The notes under the pieces: generated by a model
What the model was told of the DNA's origin: nothing
Database searches by the model: none
The model's input: only the letters and a program-made list of their open reading frames with translations
Assembly: GCA_963830865.1 (NCBI GenBank)
Contig: CAWHNU010000007.1
Span: 229,315 to 293,314 of the forward strand
Direction: 5' to 3'
Origin: an uncultured Acidimicrobiales bacterium
GTDB lineage: Bacteria > Actinomycetota > Acidimicrobiia > Acidimicrobiales > VFJN01
Length of the DNA stretch: 64,000 nt
Made by a program: the position numbers and the translations under genes
Part shown: positions 58,861-64,000 of the stretch, in pieces
How positions within the stretch are numbered: the first letter of the stretch is position 1
How the letters are laid out: each line of letters begins with the position of its first letter

Positions 58861-61801
58861 ATGCGATCGACGGCCCAGGTCAGCGTGCTCGGACCGGTGC
58901 AGCTGCTGCTCGACGGTCGGGACCGGACGCCCCGCGGCGCCATGCAGCGCCGCCTCCTGTGCGCCCTCGCCCTGCGGGCCTCCGCGGTGGCGTCCGCCGA
59001 CGAGCTCGCCGAGCTGCTGTGGCCCGACGGGCTGCCCGCCGACCACCGGGCGGCCCTGCAGACCCACGTGTTCCGCCTGCGCCGGCTGCTCCCGGAGGGT
59101 GTGATCAGCACCACGGCCAGCGGCTATCGGCTGGACCTGGGGTCTGACGGTCTCGACGCCGTGCGGTTCGAGGCGACGCTGTACGACGCCGCCGCACTGC
59201 GGGCCCGCGACCCCGAGGCCGCGGCGTGCCTGCTCGACGACCTGCTCGGCTGGTGGCGGGGCTCGCCGTACGACGAGCTGGCCGACGTCGACGACGCCCG
59301 CATCGAGGCCGGCCGGCTGGCCGAGCTGCACACCCGCGCCCGCGAGGAACGCTTCGACTGCCTGCTCGCGCTCGGGGCGCCACGGCGAGGCGCTCGCCGA
59401 CCTGGAGGCGTTCGCCGCCCGCGAGCCGCTGCGGGAGCGGCCCCAGGCCCTCCTGATGGTGGCCCTGCACCGCAGCGGGCGCCGGGCGGACGCGCTGGCG
59501 ACGTTCGACCGCTTCCGCCGGGCGCTGGCCGGCGAGCTGGGCATCGACCCGTCCGCCGGGCTGCGGGACCTGCACGATGCCGTCGTCACCGACGAGGTCG
59601 CGGCGCCGGCCGACGTTGCCCCGGCCGACCCGCCCGCGCCGGCCCCGTCGCCGCCCCGGGCGGGCGCGGGCGACGTGCCCCGGTACACCAGCAGCTTCGT
59701 GGGGCGCGACGGCCTCGTCGCCGAGGTCGTCGACCAACTCGACGACGAGCGGCTCGTGACCCTGCTCGGCACCGGCGGGATCGGCAAGACCCGGATCGCG
59801 GTCGAGGTGGCGCGGGCGATCGGTCGGCGCTCGGGCGGCCCCGTGTGGTTCTGCGAGCTGGCCGCCGCCGACAGGGCCAGCGCGATCGTCACGGTTGCGA
59901 GCGCCACCGGCGTCGACGAGCGGGCCGGGTCGGGCCTGCTGGAACGGGTCGTCGACGTGCTGCGCGACCGCCAGGGCCTGCTGGTGCTCGACAACTGCGA
60001 GCACGTGCTCGACGCGGTGGCCGAGGTGGCAGAGGCGGTGCTGGCGGGCGCACCCGGAGTCAGCATCCTGGCCACCAGCCGGGAGCGGCTGGCGGTCGAC
60101 GGCGAGCAGCTCCGCCCGGTCCCGCTGCTGCGCCCCAGTGGCCGGGCGGACCGAGGCGGCGCGGACGAGCCGGCCGTGCGCCTGTTCGTCGACCGGGCCC
60201 GGGCGGTGCAGCGAACGTGGTCGCCGGGCGACGAGGAGGTCGCGCTGATCGCGGACGTCTGCCGGCGCCTCGACGGCCTGCCGCTCGCCATCGAGCTGGC
60301 GGCGGCCCGGTTGCACACCCTCACCCTCGACGAGGTGGCCTCGGGGCTGGAGACGCGCTTCCGGCTGCTGACCGGTGGCCGGCGCACCACGGCCCGGCAC
60401 CGCTCGCTCGCCGCGGCCGTCGCCTGGTCGTACGAGCTGCTCGGCCCATCCGAGCAGGAGCTGTTCGACGCGGTCGCCATGTTCCAGTCGCCGTTCCGCG
60501 CCGCGGCGGCGGGCGACCTCGTGGGCTGGAGCGCGGCGGACGCGACCGACGTGCTCAGCCGCCTGGTCGAGCGGTCGCTGCTCTACCGGTCGGGCGCCCG
60601 CTACGGCATGCTCGAGAGCCTGCGCCACTTCGGTGCGGCCCGACTCGCCGAGCGGGGGCTGGCGGGCGAGGTCCGGCGCCGGCACGCCCGGCACCACGTC
60701 GCCTACGCCGAGGCGAGCGCCGAGCGCCTGTGCCGCCCGGGCGAGCTGGACGTGTTCGACGAGCTCGACGCCTCGCTGGCCGACCTCCGGGCCGCGCAGC
60801 GGCACCTGCGGGACGCCGGCGACCACGACGGGATGCTCCGGCTCACCCTGGCGCTGCGCAACTACGGCTACTACCGGCTCCGGCCCGAGGTGCTGGCGTG
60901 GGCGGGCGCCGCTGCCGACCTGGCGGCCGAGGCGGGCGGCGACCCCCGGGTCCCGGAGGCGCTGGCCATCGCCGCCCAGGAGGCCTGGAACCGGGGCGAG
61001 CACGACCGCGGCGAGGCGCTGGCCGCCCGCGGTCGCGAGCTGATGGACGCGTCCGGCCGCCCCGCGCTGTACCTGCTCCTGATGCTGGGCTTCCAGGCCC
61101 TGCACCGAGGCCACGTCGCCGAGGCTGCGCGCTGGGCCGACGTGGCGTCGCGCACCGACCTCGCGGTGGCCGACGAGCTGCGGCGGATCGAGTCGCACGG
61201 CGGCCGGGCCCTGGTGCGCGCCTACGCGGGCGACCCGGGCACGGCGGCGGACGTCGCCGACCTCCTGGCCAGCCTGGGCGACGACACCCCGGAGCTGGCG
61301 GCGTCGTGGGCCTGGTACGTGGCCGGCGAGTCGCTGGTCCACGACGACCCGCCGCTCGCGGCCGAGCGCCTGCGCCGCTCCGCCGACCTGGCTCAGCGGT
61401 GCGGGTCGTCGTTCCTGCTCGGCATCGCGGGCGCGTCCCGCGCATCGATCGAGGCCCGCTACGGCGACCCGGCGGCGGCCGCGTCGGAGTACCGCTGGCT
61501 GCTCGACCACTGGCAGCGGGCCGGCATCCGGGTGATCCAGTGGAACATGCTGCGGGCCGTGGCCGAGCTGCTGGTCCGCACCGGCGACCTGCGTTCGGCG
61601 GCCGTCCTGCTCGGCGCCCTCGGCTCGACCGAGGCCGGCCACGCCGTCTACGGCGAGGACACCAGCCGGCTGGCGGCGATGGCCGACGCCGTGCGCACGG
61701 GCCTGGGCCGCCGCGAGCACGCCGACGCCCTGGCCGAGGGGCGGCTGCTCGACGACGACGGCGCCGCAGCTGTGGCCCTCGCCGCGTTCGACCGGCTGTG
61801 A
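58861..61801 (+). CDS. AfsR/SARP-like regulator (wHTH-BTAD + NB-ARC-type ATPase + helical repeats), frameshift near 59380
   Basis: VLGPVQL, LQTHVFRLRR, EPLRER, GTGGIGKT, LVLDNCEH, LDGLPLAIELAAAR. Confidence 0.87.
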
Positions 61802-61839
61802 GCGGGCGCGAGCGGGCCGCGAGCGCGGCCGGGCAGCGT
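61798..61839 (+). promoter_or_regulatory. SARP-type direct repeats plus candidate -10 of the TPR gene
   Basis: G(T/C)GAGC three times at 10- and 11-bp spacing, 9 nt, CAGCGT, 6 nt, ATG. Confidence 0.65.
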
Positions 61840-61845
61840 GGACAC

Positions 61846-63238
61846 ATGACCTCGGCCCCCAGCACCCTCACGTCCCGCGCCACCCCCGTCGCGTGGGACC
61901 AGCACGACCTGCTCATGAGCGCCGCGCCGGAGGCGGCCGAGCTCTACGACCGCGCCGTCGACCGGCTCCTGCGGTTCCACCCGGACGTCATACCGATCGG
62001 CACCCGGTTGTTCGAGGAGCACGGCGACGCAGCCATGAGCAACGCCCTCGCCGCCTACCTCTACCTGTCCTCGACCGCACGTGGTGACGTCGACGATCGC
62101 GCAGGTGGCCGCCGACGCCATGGCCGCCACGCCGATGGGTCCCCGCGAGCAGGCCCACCTCGACGCCATCCGCGCCTGGGCCCGGGGCGACTGGCACGGC
62201 GCCAGCCGCATCCTGGACGACCTGCTCGAACGCTGGCCCGCGGACGTGCTCGCCCTGTGGGCGGGCCACGCGATCGACTTCTTCGTGGGCGACGCGACCA
62301 ACCTGCGCGACCGGCCCGGCCGGTCGCTCGGCGCCATCGACCCGGACCACCCGCACGCCGCCCTCGTGCGCGGCATGCAGTCGTTCGGGCTCGAGGAGTC
62401 CGGCCACTACGAGGCGGCCGAGGACGCCGGCCTGGCCACGGTCGCGGTCAACCCCGACGACGTGTGGGCCATCCATGCGGTGACCCACACCTACGAGATG
62501 CGAGGCCGGGTCGCCACCGGGGTCGAGTTCCTCACCGCCCGCGAGGCGGACTGGGGCAGCGGCAACCTGTTCACGGTCCACAACTGGTGGCATCTGGCCC
62601 TCTTCCGGCTCGAGCTCGGGGACCCGGCGGCCGCGCTGGCCATCTACGACCGCGAGGTCCACCAGCAGGGCGCCGAGACCGCCGTTCTCGGGCTGATCGA
62701 CGCCTCGGCCATGCTGTGGCGGCTGTACCTCGACGGGGTCGACGCCGGGCATCGGTTTGCCGTCCTCGCCGACGCCTGGGCGGCCGCCGACGACGACCGC
62801 CGGTGGTACGCGTTCAACGACGTGCACGCCGTCATGGCCTATCTCGGCGCCGGCCGCCAGGGCGACGCCGACCGCCTCGTCGAGGGGATGGCCGCCGACG
62901 TCGAGGGCGGGGCGGACGCAGCGCGGTCCAACGTGGCGATGACCGCCGAGATCGGCCTGCCGGTCGCGCGGTCGCTGGTCGCCTTCGGGCGGGGCGAGTG
63001 GTCCGAGGTCGTCGCCACCCTGGCGCCGATCCGCCGCCGGTTCCAGGTGTTCGGCGGTTCGCACGCCCAGCGGGACGTCCTCCAGCGCACACTGCTCGAG
63101 GCGGCGCTGCGGGACGGGCGCATCGACCTGGCCCGCCGACTGGTCGCCGAGCGCCTGGCCGTGCGCCCGACCAGCGCCTACGCCGCCCGCCAGCAGGAAC
63201 GGCTGGTGGCGGCGTCGCTGCCGGCCCGCGTCGCCTGA
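61846..63238 (+). CDS. TTC38-like TPR protein, frameshift near 62075
   Basis: FGLEESG, DVWAIHAVTH, HNWWHLAL, DASAMLWRL, GGSHAQRDV. Confidence 0.8.
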
Positions 63239-63244
63239 CGCCGT

Positions 63245-63273
63245 GTCGAGCCGCCCGGTCCGGGCGGCTCGAC
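63245..63273 (+). terminator. GC-rich hairpin after the TPR gene
   Basis: GTCGAGCCGCCCGG-T-CCGGGCGGCTCGAC, 14-bp perfect arms. Confidence 0.65.
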
Positions 63274-63369
63274 GACGCGGGCGTCGTCGGCGGTGCGTCG
63301 CGGAACCTCATCCAGCCGGGCGGTCGGCTCCGAACGTTGCCGTGAGCAATCGACTGGGGAGGTTTCGCG

Positions 63370-64000
63370 ATGGAGGATGGTGTCCCTCTCGCCGTCTATC
63401 TGGTGCCGGTGATCGGGCTCGGGATGGGGGCGTTCTGGCTGATTCTCGGCCGGAAGTTGATGACCGGCGCCGACAAGCGCCACCGCGACTTCCGCGTGGC
63501 CGACCTGGCGCAGCGGCTCGGCCTGCGGATCGTGGAGGGCGATCCGGCGCTCAACATGATGCAGGCCCACACCAGGCACAACATGCGCATGGCGGGGGAC
63601 AAGGCCGCCGGTCTCATGCGGAGCTCCAAGGAGACCAGGGTGGTCCTCGAGGGCGCGCCGTACGGTCGACCGACGCGGTTCCTGTTCGACCGCTACACCG
63701 AGGTCGCAGAACGGGTCGTCGCACGGGTGGTGTCCGGGTCGTTCGACTGCCGGCTCAGCCTGCGGGTACCGGTCGACCTCCCGCCGTTCGAGATCGTCGG
63801 CCGCGCCGGCTTCGCCGACCGGTACATGGGGATCAGGGCCAGGCCCGAGTGGGACCTGCCGCCCCAGTCGTTCGGCGACCGTGACCTCGACGCCAGGCTG
63901 GCCCTGTCGAGCCCCGACCCCCGCATCGGGTCGTACCTGGCTCCCGCCGTCGGCGCACTGGCGGGCCACAAGTATGTCCACATCCGGGGCCAGCGCGGCA
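63370..64000 (+). CDS. Hypothetical protein with an N-terminal TM helix, runs off right edge
   Basis: GGAGG RBS; MEDGVPLAVYLVPVIGLGMGAFWLILGRK..LAQRLGLRIVEGDP. Confidence 0.65.
   Translation, partial: MEDGVPLAVYLVPVIGLGMGAFWLILGRKLMTGADKRHRDFRVADLAQRLGLRIVEGDPALNMMQAHTRHNMRMAGDKAAGLMRSSKETRVVLEGAPYGRPTRFLFDRYTEVAERVVARVVSGSFDCRLSLRVPVDLPPFEIVGRAGFADRYMGIRARPEWDLPPQSFGDRDLDARLALSSPDPRIGSYLAPAVGALAGHKYVHIRGQRG

Noticed and set aside
58861-63238. Avs/NLR-like anti-phage system
   Set aside because: The N-terminus is a wHTH-BTAD transcription module with matching DNA boxes; no nuclease, TIR or other effector domain is seen
5-64000. Many long antisense or overlapping ORFs (e.g. 5..2071, 24673..28509, 49603..53364, 58735..63345)
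   Set aside because: Shadow ORFs caused by stop-codon scarcity; real motifs lie on the opposite strand or frame, apart from short in-frame pieces already assigned

Overview
Very GC-rich actinobacterial chromosome segment, probably Acidimicrobiia (inferred from gene content). Many single-base indels split genes, most likely long-read or assembly errors. In order: (1) L-rhamnose uptake and catabolism operon (1-9.0 kb, minus). (2) TetR/amidohydrolase, VOC, META lipoprotein, aldose epimerase, an NhaC remnant, and a BBE-like FAD oxidase with its AfsR-like regulator (9-18 kb). (3) An oxidative catabolic island with two related P450s, a BVMO, a Rieske oxygenase, SDRs, acyl-CoA ligase and dehydrogenase, fused E1 alpha/beta, amidohydrolase and cyclase; most of it is tied together by a four-copy palindromic operator (18-36.5 kb). 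(4) LLM oxidoreductase, secreted hydrolase, DUF427 and thioesterase genes behind an orphan conservon-type kinase (36.5-43 kb). (5) A TetR-controlled MmgE/PrpD-MaoC-ACAD-MaoC-CoA transferase-CoA lyase operon resembling a C5-dicarboxylate pathway with a split hydratase (43-50 kb). (6) MFS, ferritin-like protein, TetR and a quinone oxidoreductase. (7) A MerR module with two matching 20-bp-spacer promoters. (8) An unannotated 41-aa peptide gene, then a PIG-L deacetylase / AfsR-like regulator / TTC38-like TPR module whose two target promoters share the same geometry. Two families of palindromic REP-like repeats and a 36-bp in-frame micro-element are also present. No rRNA, tRNA, CRISPR, transposase or phage genes were recognised. 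All protein calls are by eye from motifs; no database searches were run.
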